From an uncultured Chlamydiae bacterium (GTDB lineage Bacteria > Chlamydiota > Chlamydiia > Chlamydiales > Parachlamydiaceae): a DNA stretch of 64,000 bases. The notes beneath the pieces are model-generated. The model saw only the letters and a list, made by a program, of their open reading frames with translations, searched no databases and was not told the DNA's origin. Made by a program: the position numbers and the translations under genes. The stretch lies in assembly GCA_963754655.1 (NCBI GenBank), contig CAVWGN010000001.1:160001-224000 (forward strand), in the 5' to 3' direction. The number at the start of each line of letters is the position of its first letter. Positions within the stretch are counted from its first letter, which is position 1. Shown here piece after piece: positions 10,092-21,009 of the stretch.

Positions 10092-11129
10092 TTATAAACA
10101 ACAATCGGATTCTTGCTCTTGCTGTAATCCTTCATTGCCTTCTATTTCACCTAAAGGAAAATGAAGAATGAGATCATGAATTTCTTGAACGCTTTTTGCC
10201 CGACTAATCAATTCACGAAATTGACGCGTTCCAGAAGATTTTTTGAGATACCAACATCCTACGCGGCGCATATCGACACAAACTCGATGGTCATGATGAT
10301 AACGCTGTGTAAAGAGAAAATGTTCAAATAAAGCACTGCGACAATCTTCGAGCGAGCGTTCAATAGCTGGATCTCCTACAAGATAACGTAAAATATCTTC
10401 TACAATCCAAGGCTGTCCCATTGTTCCACGTGCCACTAGTACTGCATCGCATCCCGTCTTAGCATAAATTTCCTCCGCCGAAGGTCCATTGATGACATCT
10501 CCATTGCCAATGACTAAAATGTGGGAAGCGGCCAATTTGCAAGCCTTGATATATTCCCAATTGGCCGGACCCCGGTAGCCCTGCTGGCGCGTCCGTCCAT
10601 GCACACAAATCGCCTTTGCTCCCGCCTTTTCTGCTATTTTGACAATTTGCTCTGCATTAATGTGCTGTTCATCCCATCCCGCTCTAATTTTAACCGTCAC
10701 AGGAATTTTCACAGCCGCCACCATATTAGCCACCACCTCACCAATGAGCTCCGGCGTTTTGAGCATGCCCGAACCACTGCCATCTTTCGTCACTTTATCA
10801 ACAGGACATCCACAATTGAGATCAACCACATCAAATCCTAAATCTTCAATGATTTTAGCCGCTTGACCGGCGAGCCCGGGCTTGCTTCCACAAATCTGAG
10901 CGCCAATAGGATGCATGTCAGCCGAATAATCCAAGAGATGAAAAGTTCCCGCATCGTGCCGCACAAGTGCGTCCATTTTGATCATTTCACAATACATCAA
11001 TCCAGGCCGATACCTGGCCGACATCTTACGAAAGGGGAAATCAGAACATCCCGCTAAAGGAGCATACAAAATGCGATGGGAAAGCTTTAACGATCCCAGT
11101 TGAAGGGGTTGTGTTAACAGTTGTTTCAT
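10092..11129 (-). CDS. dusB: tRNA-dihydrouridine synthase B
   Basis: APLAG, DLNCGCP, PVTVKIRAGWD, VHGRTR, GNGDV. Confidence 0.92.
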   Translation of the reverse strand: MKQLLTQPLQLGSLKLSHRILYAPLAGCSDFPFRKMSARYRPGLMYCEMIKMDALVRHDAGTFHLLDYSADMHPIGAQICGSKPGLAGQAAKIIEDLGFDVVDLNCGCPVDKVTKDGSGSGMLKTPELIGEVVANMVAAVKIPVTVKIRAGWDEQHINAEQIVKIAEKAGAKAICVHGRTRQQGYRGPANWEYIKACKLAASHILVIGNGDVINGPSAEEIYAKTGCDAVLVARGTMGQPWIVEDILRYLVGDPAIERSLEDCRSALFEHFLFTQRYHHDHRVCVDMRRVGCWYLKKSSGTRQFRELISRAKSVQEIHDLILHFPLGEIEGNEGLQQEQESDCCL

Positions 11130-11404
11130 GCTAAATACGCGAGGAAATTAATCACTAAATTTTGGATAAATCTCAAACATAGAAAAGCCACAATGGGACT
11201 TAAATCAAACATACCCAAGGGGGGAATAATGCGTCGAAAAAAATTCAAATAGGGATCGGTATAATACCTAATAAATTGCATAATTCGATACTCATTAATT
11301 TGGGGTACCCAAGAAGACAGAATACGCGCAAATAAAAACAACGTATAAACTTGAAAAATTAAATTGACAAAGTAGATAATGATCACCATAGATTGACTTC
11401 CCAA
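11126..11404 (-). CDS. yggT: YggT family membrane protein
   Basis: RILSSW...TDPYLNFFRRIIPPLGMFDLSPIVA signature. Confidence 0.9.
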   Translation of the reverse strand: MGSQSMVIIIYFVNLIFQVYTLFLFARILSSWVPQINEYRIMQFIRYYTDPYLNFFRRIIPPLGMFDLSPIVAFLCLRFIQNLVINFLAYLA

Positions 11405-11510
11405 TAATCGTAGACTTCTATAAAATTTTAATAATTTGAATTCAAAACTTGAATTAATATTAAAATCCTACTAAAATCATCTATTTTAAGCATTAAAAAA
11501 ACTAAAAAGC

Positions 11511-13157
11511 ATGTTTAATTTCATTTCTTCGCCTACTTCGATTGGATTAGAACGCACGCTCAATGGCATTAAAGGGGCAAGCGTTGTGGCCGGCCGCAAA
11601 AGACCCTCTCTCCTTCGCCTTTTTACTCTTCATCCAGAAAAGGATAATGTAAAGCCGCTTTACATGCATCATCCAGTCATTACGACAGGATTAGAGGGCA
11701 AAGAGGTATTGGTCCGCCCTCTACGCTTGCCTTTAACTAAAAAAAAAGATATTGAAGAGGCTTTGGCTTTTCAAGCCGAGCCGCTTTTGCCCTATGCCGC
11801 TGATCAGGCTTTTTTAGCTTATCAAGAAATCGTTAAAACGGCGGATAGTACTGATTTAACTCTTTTAGCTGTGCGCAAAGAGGCCATTCAAGCCCATCTT
11901 GAGCCTTGGCAAGCTTTGCAAATTGAGCCAGAAAAGATTGCCTGCGTTTCTTCTGCTCTTTGCGAATTTGGAGCAACCTATTTAACCTCTGTTAAAACCT
12001 ATTTAATTTTGCATCTTCAGCGTCAAGAGATGACCTGTGTGTTAATTCAAGATGGCAAGTTATGGGCTTCTTTTGCCAAGCCAGAAGGATTAGATCTTCT
12101 ATGGGCAGCCCAATCTAACGAGGGCTCGGTCTCTTTACCTCAAAATGAAGAGGAGTGGCAAGCACTTGAACAGGAAAAAGAAAACCCCTTGACCGAGACT
12201 CTCAAACGGCTTCAAAAAGAAGTCACGAAAATGGGCTATGCTTTGGCCAAAGAGTGCAAGAGCGGCACAATTGAAGGCATTGCCGTGACAGGAGAAACTG
12301 CTGAATGGCAGGGATTCAGCCAAATCCTCACTCAACATCTGCACCTTCCCTTGTTGACCTGTCAACCTCCTGCTGGCTATTCTTCGCTAGATCTTTTCTC
12401 TTATGCTGTTCCGATTGGATTGGCCATCGGTTCATTGCCTGGCCGCGCACATTGCATTGATTTCCGCCAACAAGAATGGAGTTATCCACATCCTTGGCGT
12501 AGACTAAGAGCTCCTGTTGCGATGTATTTTGTTTCTATTCTTTTACTTTCTTACGCCTTTTATTTTTTTGGTCAGCAATACTTACATGATCATGAAAATC
12601 AGTTGAAGCAGAATTACATTCATTTGCTTTCTAGCATGAACAAATCGCATGAAGAGTTTGAATTGGCATTCGCAGCCAAAAATCCCGGCGCACATGAGCA
12701 ATTTAACGGTGAAATTCCAAAGATTGAACACATTCGTCAAGACGATTTGATGATGCGTTTGGCTTTTTTGCAAAAAGAACTGCAAGCAACACCCGATTCT
12801 TTTCCCTTATTTGCAAATGTTCCTCGCGTCAGCGACATCCTCGCTTGGCTAAGCCAACATCCTGCTGTGATTTTTACCGATGAAGAGGGAAAGCGACAAG
12901 CCAAGCTGCAAATTGAAAACTTTAGTTACACTATGATGAAGAGGCCGCAGCAGGGAAAAAAGCAAGAAAAGTATCAGGTAAAAGTAGAATTAGAATTTAG
13001 TAGTCCCACTCCCAAATGGGCACGCGAATTTCATGATGCTTTAATTGCTCCTAATGATTGGGTTGATTCTAAAGGAGAAGTGAAATGGAATACAAATCAC
13101 GGAAAATATAAAGCCTCATTTTTTTTAAAAGATAAAACCGCTTACCCCAGTTTATGA
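11511..13157 (+). CDS. Conserved chlamydial protein (CT646-like), PilM/GspL-like with one TM segment
   Basis: Position between yggT and ygfA-recA; VRPLRLP..IEEALAFQAEPLLP, LAVRK and PIGLA resemble PilM/GspL; TM near residues 335-355. Confidence 0.6.
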   Translation: MFNFISSPTSIGLERTLNGIKGASVVAGRKRPSLLRLFTLHPEKDNVKPLYMHHPVITTGLEGKEVLVRPLRLPLTKKKDIEEALAFQAEPLLPYAADQAFLAYQEIVKTADSTDLTLLAVRKEAIQAHLEPWQALQIEPEKIACVSSALCEFGATYLTSVKTYLILHLQRQEMTCVLIQDGKLWASFAKPEGLDLLWAAQSNEGSVSLPQNEEEWQALEQEKENPLTETLKRLQKEVTKMGYALAKECKSGTIEGIAVTGETAEWQGFSQILTQHLHLPLLTCQPPAGYSSLDLFSYAVPIGLAIGSLPGRAHCIDFRQQEWSYPHPWRRLRAPVAMYFVSILLLSYAFYFFGQQYLHDHENQLKQNYIHLLSSMNKSHEEFELAFAAKNPGAHEQFNGEIPKIEHIRQDDLMMRLAFLQKELQATPDSFPLFANVPRVSDILAWLSQHPAVIFTDEEGKRQAKLQIENFSYTMMKRPQQGKKQEKYQVKVELEFSSPTPKWAREFHDALIAPNDWVDSKGEVKWNTNHGKYKASFFLKDKTAYPSL

Positions 13158-13167
13158 ACGCATAGTT

Positions 13168-13791
13168 ATGTTTAAAAATATTCCTCTTTCCCGCTTTATT
13201 CTTTATTTGATTTGCCTTGGTTTGTTCCCTTTTATTTTTGTGGTTTTTTTGTTTATTTCTCAAAAAAATGAATTAGAAGAATTCGAAAATACACTTGAAA
13301 ACGTGGAAAATCAGGTTTTTATAAAAGAGAAAAAACAAGCACTCAATTTAGCCGTGCGCCAACACTTTCGCGATGCCGATCATTTTTACATTGATAAATA
13401 CTTAGAAACGTTGATTTTTTTGGAACCTGAAATTGAGCAGCTGCAAAAAATTGTCCAGGATAAGAATTTTGCCGATGACGATCGGATAAAAAAACGACTG
13501 GAATTATTGACGAGTCAAGGCAATGCGCTTGTTTTTTCAGAGGGCAGTGTTCAAACTTTTCCTTTATTTCAAGAAACATCTGAGACGCTGGTTCATCCTG
13601 TTGAAGTAAATGTGAGTGATATTCAAAAGATTCTTTCTCGCATTGAGGGGATAAAAATGGGTGAGTTTGCTACTGGCCTTCACCGCCCGCAGCTTGTCAT
13701 CACTGAATTTAAGCTTGATAAGAAGAAGCAAAATGATAAAAATGAAGTCTATCTTTTAAACTTAAAGCTTATCAAACGGGAATTCTTATGA
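13168..13791 (+). CDS. Conserved chlamydial membrane-anchored protein (CT647-like)
   Basis: N-terminal TM plus coiled coil; operon position. Confidence 0.6.
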   Translation: MFKNIPLSRFILYLICLGLFPFIFVVFLFISQKNELEEFENTLENVENQVFIKEKKQALNLAVRQHFRDADHFYIDKYLETLIFLEPEIEQLQKIVQDKNFADDDRIKKRLELLTSQGNALVFSEGSVQTFPLFQETSETLVHPVEVNVSDIQKILSRIEGIKMGEFATGLHRPQLVITEFKLDKKKQNDKNEVYLLNLKLIKREFL

Positions 13792-15098
13792 AAGAATGGA
13801 AAATATTCAAGCAATTGGGATTGGGCATTCTGCTTTGTGTGCTTCTGTTTGCCTTTACTGGAGCCAAACGTTCTCAAAACCGCAAACCGCGGCTTCTGCC
13901 TTTGTCGAGCGTTCATATTATTGACCGCAATGGATTTTCAGAGACAATCAGCAATAAAGAGCGCTTAAATCAATTTCAGAATGTCAATTTTTTGAGCTCA
14001 CAGCCTTATCAAAAGGTCTTACGTATCTATGCACGGAGTTCAACAGGAAATATTCGATCGGTTGTCAATACTTATCATGAAAATGGAAATCCCAAACAGT
14101 TTTTGGAAATTTTAAATGCCCGTGCAAATGGAAGCTATTGTGAATGGCATGAGAATGGCAATATGAGCATCCTGGCCAAAGTCATTGGAGGGATGGCAGA
14201 CGTCACTTCAGTAGCTGAGAAAACATGGTTATTTGATGGACCTTGTTATGCTTGGGATGAAGAAGAACGACAAATCGCAGAGATTAATTATTCTCAGGGC
14301 TCTTTAGAAGAACTGACCACTTATTTTCATCCTAATGGACAAATTTGGAAACGCATTCCCTATACCAAAAATCAAATCGAAGGAACAACAGAAATTTTCA
14401 GAAGCAATGGAGAGCTGCTTCAACAAATGACCTATTCCCAAGGACAAAGACACGGAGCTAGCGTACGCTATTGGGAAGGGCAGCAGCTGGCAAGCCATGA
14501 AGATTATTGTCGCGGCAAACTTGAAAATGGACAATACTTTGACAAAAAGGGAAATCTTGTCGCAGAAGTTAAACAGGGAGTGGGTTATCGTGCCATTTTC
14601 GGCAAAGAGAACATTCAAGAATTGCAAGAGTTTGTTGATGGTTCTTTAGAAGGCGAAGTGAAAGTTTTCAACCAAGAAGGGCGTCTCAAGCGGATTTATC
14701 ATGTCAAAAATGACATTAAACATGGTGAAGAAGTGGAGTATTATGATCGATTTTTTGCTTCTTCTGCACCTCCGCAACCCAAACTTTCTTTTTATTGGTA
14801 TGAGGGAAAAATCCAAGGAATGGTGAAAACTTGGTATCCTACAGGAGCTTTAGAAAGCCAAAAAGAGATGGCCAACAGTGCTAGGAATGGTGTGCTGACT
14901 GCCTGGTATCGCGACAGCAACCTCATGATGATTGAAGAATATGATAATGATAAACTGATGCGAGGAGATTACTTTAAAAGGGAAGAAAAAGTGCCTGTGA
15001 GCCAAATCATCGAAGGCAAAGGCGTTGCCACGATTTTTGATGCTGATGGACATTTCGTCCAAAAAATTTCCTATCTCAATGGCAAGCCTGAAATTTGA
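13788..15098 (+). CDS. MORN-variant/YwqK-like repeat protein (CT648-like)
   Basis: Repeated YHENG/WHENG/FHPNG..Y..G..EG units; N-terminal signal or TM. Confidence 0.8.
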   Translation: MKEWKIFKQLGLGILLCVLLFAFTGAKRSQNRKPRLLPLSSVHIIDRNGFSETISNKERLNQFQNVNFLSSQPYQKVLRIYARSSTGNIRSVVNTYHENGNPKQFLEILNARANGSYCEWHENGNMSILAKVIGGMADVTSVAEKTWLFDGPCYAWDEEERQIAEINYSQGSLEELTTYFHPNGQIWKRIPYTKNQIEGTTEIFRSNGELLQQMTYSQGQRHGASVRYWEGQQLASHEDYCRGKLENGQYFDKKGNLVAEVKQGVGYRAIFGKENIQELQEFVDGSLEGEVKVFNQEGRLKRIYHVKNDIKHGEEVEYYDRFFASSAPPQPKLSFYWYEGKIQGMVKTWYPTGALESQKEMANSARNGVLTAWYRDSNLMMIEEYDNDKLMRGDYFKREEKVPVSQIIEGKGVATIFDADGHFVQKISYLNGKPEI

Positions 15099-15651
15099 TT
15101 CTCCCGACTCTATTGCTGCTTTAAAGCAGCAATGGCGCCATCGCTTGAAAAAGAGATGTCTAGAATTATCTATTGAAAAACGAAAACAAGCATCGGCACA
15201 AGCGTGTCACTTTCTCAAAAAAAGCTGTCAAGCAGCGCGCTTTGTCCTTTCTTTTGCTAGCTTTGGCTTTGAAATTAGTCTTTGGCCTTTCAATCAAGAG
15301 CTTGCTGCAGAAGAACGCCTTGTCTTGCCTGGCATTAAAGAAGAAAAATTGCTCTTATTTCAAGTCACCCATTTAAGCCATTTAGAGTCTCATCAGTGGG
15401 GAATGCTTGAACCTAAGATTTCTGTTTGTCCACTCCTTGATATTTCTCTAATAGACATTGCCCTTATTCCTGGCCTTGGATTTGATTTAAAAACAAAACA
15501 TCGCCTTGGATATGGCAAGGGTTATTATGATCGACTATTGGCATCGTCCTCTTCTATGCAAAGATGGGGAGTGGGGCTTCTAGAACAAGCTGTCAAAAAT
15601 CTCCCTTATTCCCAAGAAGACATTCCTTTGCATCAAATTCACTTATTTTGA
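15079..15651 (+). CDS. ygfA: 5-formyltetrahydrofolate cyclo-ligase
   Basis: LIPGLGFD...RLGYGKGYYDRLL. Start placed at ATG 15079 (MASLKF). Confidence 0.9.
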   Translation: MASLKFDSPDSIAALKQQWRHRLKKRCLELSIEKRKQASAQACHFLKKSCQAARFVLSFASFGFEISLWPFNQELAAEERLVLPGIKEEKLLLFQVTHLSHLESHQWGMLEPKISVCPLLDISLIDIALIPGLGFDLKTKHRLGYGKGYYDRLLASSSSMQRWGVGLLEQAVKNLPYSQEDIPLHQIHLF

Positions 15652-15778
15652 ATTGGAGTGACCAAAAGACCTGCAATGGCGATACTCATCCAAAGAAAAT
15701 CACAACCTAATCGCAAAATAGAGCAAATTTTAAATTGAACAGCTCTTTCAGTTATAAAAGAGCCATTCTTTAAAAAAA

Positions 15779-16198
15779 TTATGGTCCTTGGTCACGTGGT
15801 GGAATGACATTTGAATCTTGATCGTTCTGCCTATCAGCACATTTGCTACAGCCAAAGCCCAAATACAAGGCAAAGATTGCAATAATGACATGCAAAACGA
15901 CATCGGCAGTATTATTAGCAATGAGCCCCAAAATGGGACGATCGCCATAGAACATTCCCAAGATGGCTACAAGCGCATAGATAATTCCAAAAATTTGGAA
16001 ATAAAGGCGAGAAGCATGTTCGCTAGTCAAACCACATAAAATGCTTACAACACCTGTTAAAATATGAATCCAGTTATGTTCAACGTTGACGTGGAATAAA
16101 TCCAATAATAAGCCATGTGGAGTCACCTGTGGAATAAATCCCAAGATGCCCACAATCACCATGATAATACCAAAGATAATTGCACACGTTTTTAACAT
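15779..16198 (-). CDS. DUF4383-like membrane protein
   Basis: VGILGF, FHVNVEHNWIHILTG and NTADVVLH motifs; 4 TM segments. Confidence 0.75.
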   Translation of the reverse strand: MLKTCAIIFGIIMVIVGILGFIPQVTPHGLLLDLFHVNVEHNWIHILTGVVSILCGLTSEHASRLYFQIFGIIYALVAILGMFYGDRPILGLIANNTADVVLHVIIAIFALYLGFGCSKCADRQNDQDSNVIPPRDQGP

Positions 16199-16431
16199 GC
16201 TAAACTCCTTCTTTAATGATTGGACTCAATAGTCTCCTTATCCACTGCTTTAGATTTATTTTTCAATAAAATATTTTATGTGATTCTATTAAATCTTATT
16301 TTAAGAAAATTATATCGAATATAATACATCATTAAATCAAAACAAGCATTTTTAAAATTAAACAGTCATAAATATAAATCGTGTATAACTCTTTATCACA
16401 CATCACAACTTTTTCAGATTACATGATGATG

Positions 16432-16480
16432 CCGGCAGGGTTCAATTGAAGGTAACATGTTTATGCCGTCCTTTCAGGCT
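16432..16480 (+). repeat. Truncated copy of the 38148 palindrome arm
   Basis: ccggcagggttca...catgtttatgccgtcctttcagg shares the CCGG start and a 23-bp block with 38148-38250. Confidence 0.65.
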
Positions 16481-16757
16481 ATTAGATTCACGACAAGCAA
16501 ATGTCAAAAAAAACCCCATCTTTTTCCCTATGAACGGATAAGATGATTTGCTTTAAAAACTAATAAAATTTTATTAAAAAAAAGGTGATTTCTTCCCTGG
16601 AATCTTAATCCTAAAAAGGTTATGATTAAGACTCATTTTCGCCTATTTTGATTTGCCTTCAGAAACCACTTTGAACACCCTTTACACCCTTTCGGAGATG
16701 GGCAGAAAAAATGACTAATTTTTAGTTGTTAATTATCCTAAATTTAAAGGAGTTTGT

Positions 16758-17840
16758 ATGTCTCAACAAGCACCAGATGCCGAACGCAAAAAAGCGTTGG
16801 GCCTAGCTCTTAATCAAATTAAAAAACAATTTGGTGATGGTTCCATTATGACTTTTGGCAAGCACTCGTTAGAAAAAGAAATCGACGTCATCAAAACAGG
16901 TGCGCTAGCTCTTGACATTGCCTTGGGAATTGGCGGGGTTCCACGCGGCCGTATGGTAGAAATTTATGGTCCAGAATCTTCTGGAAAATCAACCCTAGCA
17001 ACACATATTGTCGCCAATGCGCAACGCAATGGAGGAGTCGCGGCTTATATTGACGCAGAACACGCATTGGATCCCAATTATGCCGCCAAAATTGGTGTTA
17101 ACCTCGACGATCTGCTCATTTCTCAACCTGACTCAGGTGAAGAAGCGCTCAATATTGCTGAGATGCTAGCCCGTTCTAATGCTGTCGATGTCATTGTGAT
17201 TGACTCGGTTGCTGCTCTTGTTCCTAAATCAGAACTTGAAGGGGAGATTGGAGATCAGTTCATGGGTCTTCACGCACGCTTAATGTCTCAGGCCTTGCGC
17301 AAACTCACTTCGGCTTTGGCAAAAAGCAATACTTGCGCCATTTTCATCAACCAAATCCGCGATAAGATTGGCGTGGTGTATGGCAATCCCGAGACAACAA
17401 CAGGCGGACGCGCTCTTAAATTCTATGCCTCTGTTCGCCTTGATATTCGCCGCACTGGAGGAATTAAAGGGCCAGACAACTCAGAAATTGGAAACCGTGT
17501 CAAAGTCAAGGTAAGCAAAAATAAAATGGCGCCTCCTTTCCAAATCGCTGAATTTGATATTCTCTTTAATGAGGGAATTTCGCGCACAGGTTCTGCCATT
17601 GACATGGCAACTGAGTTCAATGTCATTGATAAAAAAGGAGCTTGGTTTAGTTATAAAGGTCAACGCCTTGGACAAGGTCGCGAAGCTGTCAGAGAAGAAT
17701 TAAAAAACAATCCTAAGCTTCTCGAAGAAATTGAATCGTTGATTATTCAACATTATAAAGAGCGTCCTCGGTCTCCTAAAGGCGCTGCTCAACCCGCTGA
17801 ACAAGAAGAGCCTCAAACGGAAGAGGCACTAAACTCTTAA
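16758..17840 (+). CDS. recA: Recombinase RecA
   Basis: [36 protein letters not shown]. Confidence 0.99.
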   Translation: MSQQAPDAERKKALGLALNQIKKQFGDGSIMTFGKHSLEKEIDVIKTGALALDIALGIGGVPRGRMVEIYGPESSGKSTLATHIVANAQRNGGVAAYIDAEHALDPNYAAKIGVNLDDLLISQPDSGEEALNIAEMLARSNAVDVIVIDSVAALVPKSELEGEIGDQFMGLHARLMSQALRKLTSALAKSNTCAIFINQIRDKIGVVYGNPETTTGGRALKFYASVRLDIRRTGGIKGPDNSEIGNRVKVKVSKNKMAPPFQIAEFDILFNEGISRTGSAIDMATEFNVIDKKGAWFSYKGQRLGQGREAVREELKNNPKLLEEIESLIIQHYKERPRSPKGAAQPAEQEEPQTEEALNS

Positions 17841-17853
17841 TGTGTTTCTTTTG

Positions 17854-17899
17854 GCCTGCCTCTGGGCGTGTTTGCAAATGCTAGCGCCCTTTGGCAGGC
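17854..17899. terminator. Probable bidirectional terminator between convergent recA and ispA
   Basis: gcctgcc-tctgggcg...cgcccttt-ggcaggc stem flanked by T-rich sequence. Confidence 0.55.
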
Positions 17900-17907
17900 T
17901 CTTTATT

Positions 17908-18819
17908 TTAGCCTATTTGTTGCACTTGAAAAATCAATAAACGAGTCAAAGCCTCCAAATCTCCCTGATTCAGTTTTAAGTCCACAAGGGTTTGATTGAA
18001 TTGTTGAATTTCCTCGTGGAACATTTGCTTAGCTTGTTCTTTTCCAAGGATATTGGCAATATTTAGGGGGTGTTGATGCGCCAAATCTTGAGCCATATCA
18101 TCTAAATCATCTGCTATTTGAAAAGCCCGACCAAAGTGGGCAGCGCTTTTCTTAACTAATTCAAGTTGAGCGAGATTTCCGCCGCCAAAAAGCCAACCTA
18201 AAACAAAAGAAATTTCAAAGAGAGTCACGGTTTTCTTTTGAATGACCTCTTGCACTAGCTCAAGCGAAAGGTTAGGAGGGATTAAATCCAAAAATTGGCC
18301 TCCTGTCGCCCCACACAAACCAGTGTTATGGGTGGCACTTTCAAGAGCAAGAACGCATAAGTAGTCGCGTTGAGCAGCGAAAGGATGTAAACTGTGTTTG
18401 AGTGCATGGGCGTTTTTTGCCAAACACGCATAGCCAGCAGCTATGAGGGCGTAGGTGGCGAGCAAGGCAACAGACTCTCCATAGATGCGATGAGTAGTGG
18501 GCTTGTTGCGCCGCTCATCCTCATTATCCATGCAAGGAAGATCATCAGCAATTAAAGAAGCAGTGTGAAAAAATTCTATTCCCATCGCAGCTTGCGAAAC
18601 GTCCACATCATATCCAAGAGCTTTAGCAATCATGAAAACTAAAGCTGGACGAAATCGCTTGCCTCCATTGAGCAAGGCATATTCACAAGCATCTCTTAAT
18701 GAGCTACGAGCCCCTAGTTGTTCAATATTTTTCCGAAGCTCTTGCTCGACAAGCTGCTTGTAGGGCTCTAAAATGCTCTCTAAAGAAAATTGAGTTTGCA
18801 TTGCCATTTTGGTTATCAT
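17908..18819 (-). CDS. ispA: Polyprenyl synthetase (geranyltranstransferase)
   Basis: GGKRFRP, SLIADDLPCMD..RR, GGQFLDL, KT, FQIADD. Confidence 0.92.
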   Translation of the reverse strand: MITKMAMQTQFSLESILEPYKQLVEQELRKNIEQLGARSSLRDACEYALLNGGKRFRPALVFMIAKALGYDVDVSQAAMGIEFFHTASLIADDLPCMDNEDERRNKPTTHRIYGESVALLATYALIAAGYACLAKNAHALKHSLHPFAAQRDYLCVLALESATHNTGLCGATGGQFLDLIPPNLSLELVQEVIQKKTVTLFEISFVLGWLFGGGNLAQLELVKKSAAHFGRAFQIADDLDDMAQDLAHQHPLNIANILGKEQAKQMFHEEIQQFNQTLVDLKLNQGDLEALTRLLIFQVQQIG

Positions 18820-18891
18820 CTGCTAACGACTCTTCATTTAAAAGAAAACCATTTTACTCGGTAAGCGATTAAATGAATAGATCATATTCAC

Positions 18892-19608
18892 TTAATAAGA
18901 GGTGATAATAGGTTTGGCATAAGGCTTAATTAACGAGCGAGAAGGAATAAAGCCTTCAATATTTAAACAAGGATAGCAACGCACTTCTTGTCCAATTAAC
19001 GTTCCTGGATTAGTCACCGTATTGCATCCAATTTGGCTTTTGTCTCCTATCATTGCTCCCAATTTACGCATGTGGGTAGAAATGTGTTGGCCGGTTATAT
19101 GAAGATTAATGGATGTTTGATCAAGCTTAAAATTGGCGCATTTAGTGCCAGCTCCTAAATTGACTTCATTGCCTACAATGCAATCTCCTACATAGGCAAA
19201 ATGGGCAGCATGGGCTCGATTGAGAAAAATGGAATGCTTGACTTCAGAATCATGTCCAATTACGCAATAATCGCCCGTCAAAACATTTCCTCTAATATAG
19301 GCTCCATGACGAATCAGACAATGCTTACCAATCACGCATGGCCCTTGAATATAGGCGCCAGGTTCAACAATAGATCCCTCGCCAATAAAAATTTCTTCGG
19401 GATTAACAAGATAAGCATAAGGCGAAACGATACCTTCTTGGCGACCCAAAGACTGCGTTTGAAGATAAGCGGCCAGTTGCTGTAAGACAAGCCATGGAAA
19501 TGGGTCACCTTGGAAAAGAGATGCATGGTGAAATTGCGAAAAGTCAAAGAAATACGATGAAAGAGACACAAATGGATTCACCTCGATAAAGAATAAGTTG
19601 AAGAGCAA
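18892..19608 (-). CDS. glmU: GlmU C-terminal-like hexapeptide-repeat acetyltransferase (CT629-like)
   Basis: Left-handed beta-helix repeats; HFAYVGD..G..VNLGAGT..AN; adjacent to ispA as in chlamydiae. Confidence 0.75.
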   Translation of the reverse strand: MLFNLFFIEVNPFVSLSSYFFDFSQFHHASLFQGDPFPWLVLQQLAAYLQTQSLGRQEGIVSPYAYLVNPEEIFIGEGSIVEPGAYIQGPCVIGKHCLIRHGAYIRGNVLTGDYCVIGHDSEVKHSIFLNRAHAAHFAYVGDCIVGNEVNLGAGTKCANFKLDQTSINLHITGQHISTHMRKLGAMIGDKSQIGCNTVTNPGTLIGQEVRCYPCLNIEGFIPSRSLIKPYAKPIITSY

Positions 19609-19609
19609 A

Positions 19610-19960
19610 ACATAAAGTTTCCCACACCTTTCTTACAAGAAGAATAATAGTTATTTATAATACTTCTTCTTCTTCTGGTGTTGTGGGTTTGTTTATAACT
19701 CGAGCATTCTCCTCTTAATTCCTCTGTTGATAACCTCTTAAACTTTTGTTTAAAAGTTGGCAGTTATAAGCAGGTAGCCCTGTTATCGTCATTTCCTCTT
19801 GCCTCTTATGAACATTAAATCCAGCGTTATTTACACAGACAAAAAGCAATCTGCGTCATGTATTTGCTATTTTCACAGCAATAACTAATTACTTGTTTAT
19901 TTAATTTTTTTCTTCAGTTTTTAACGTTTTTTTAATTTTTGCTGTGAATTAATGTTAATT
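19610..19960. promoter_or_regulatory. oriC-like module 1: degenerate DnaA boxes with GAA triplets
   Basis: TTTCCCACA, TGTTTATAA, TGTTGATAA, TTATGAACA, TGTGAATTA. 19661-19700 is 35/40 identical (inverted) to 35150-35189. Confidence 0.5.
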
Positions 19961-20004
19961 AGATTTAAAATTAGATAATTATAATCAAACTTTGGAAAAA
20001 TGCT

Positions 20005-21006
20005 ATGCAAGTTTCAAGATTTTATTCTCTCCAGGATCTGATGGTTGATGAGTGGTTCGATATGCTGGATAATCAGGCTCAGCCTGATCTAGAGATCGAT
20101 GAACAAGAAACAACGTATATTTATAAAGTGGAATCAGACGCTAGTTTTTATCTCAATAATAAGACTCAGGAGCCAGGAATCTATTTGATGAAGGCATCAC
20201 CTGCTATTGCTGAGGACATTTCTAAGAATTATTCACTGAATGTGCACAAATTTTCTTTTTCTCAGCTGGTCTTTTTATCCGATCTTTTTTCGACAAGTGT
20301 GCCAATTTTAATTCCGGATGAAGAGGAAATTTTAGCGATTGCTGACAAAGGAGAGGCTGCGAATTACCTCAAAGAATTTCCATCTACTGAAGGTCTGGTT
20401 AAAATGCGCGAAAAAGTTTGGAACAAATATTTTGATCAGGGATTAATGGCAATGATTCGTCGCTTTTTTTCTAGTCTTAGCCAGTTTTTTATTAAGTATA
20501 ATAAATTTGTTGAGACAGGTGTTTGGCCAGGAAATACTTGTACGTATGCTGATCAAGTTGTAGCTCAAATTAATTTAATTAAAAGAATTTTTATTGCTTA
20601 TGCTTATAAAGCGAGTAAACTCATTCTTAGCGAACGGTTGGGGAAAACGTTAGAAGAATTAGAAGAAATGGAATTTGAAGCCATTCAAAAGCTTTATAGA
20701 CAAAAAGCATTGCGGACTCATCCAGATAAGAATCGAGCTTCTAATGCAGCGGCGCAATTTGAAGAGATCAATAGTATTTGGGAAGACTTTGCTAAATTGA
20801 ATAGATTGAAACTAGAATTTAAAGTCGATCAATTACAAGAGGAAGATGAAAAAAGTCTTTTAATTTTTGAAAAAGAGCTTGCAAAATCAGATAAAATTCT
20901 TTCTACAGAAGACCCTACTTCGTTAGACAAAATTTTAGGTGAGTACCGTTTCAAAACCGGTCATCCTTTTAAAAGTCTTTTAACTTTGCCAGCTTCTGTT
21001 AACTAG
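20005..21006 (+). CDS. J-domain-containing protein (candidate effector)
   Basis: Internal J domain IQKLYRQKALRTHPDKN...FEEINSIWE with an intact HPD. Confidence 0.75.
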   Translation: MQVSRFYSLQDLMVDEWFDMLDNQAQPDLEIDEQETTYIYKVESDASFYLNNKTQEPGIYLMKASPAIAEDISKNYSLNVHKFSFSQLVFLSDLFSTSVPILIPDEEEILAIADKGEAANYLKEFPSTEGLVKMREKVWNKYFDQGLMAMIRRFFSSLSQFFIKYNKFVETGVWPGNTCTYADQVVAQINLIKRIFIAYAYKASKLILSERLGKTLEELEEMEFEAIQKLYRQKALRTHPDKNRASNAAAQFEEINSIWEDFAKLNRLKLEFKVDQLQEEDEKSLLIFEKELAKSDKILSTEDPTSLDKILGEYRFKTGHPFKSLLTLPASVN

Positions 21007-21009
21007 ATC

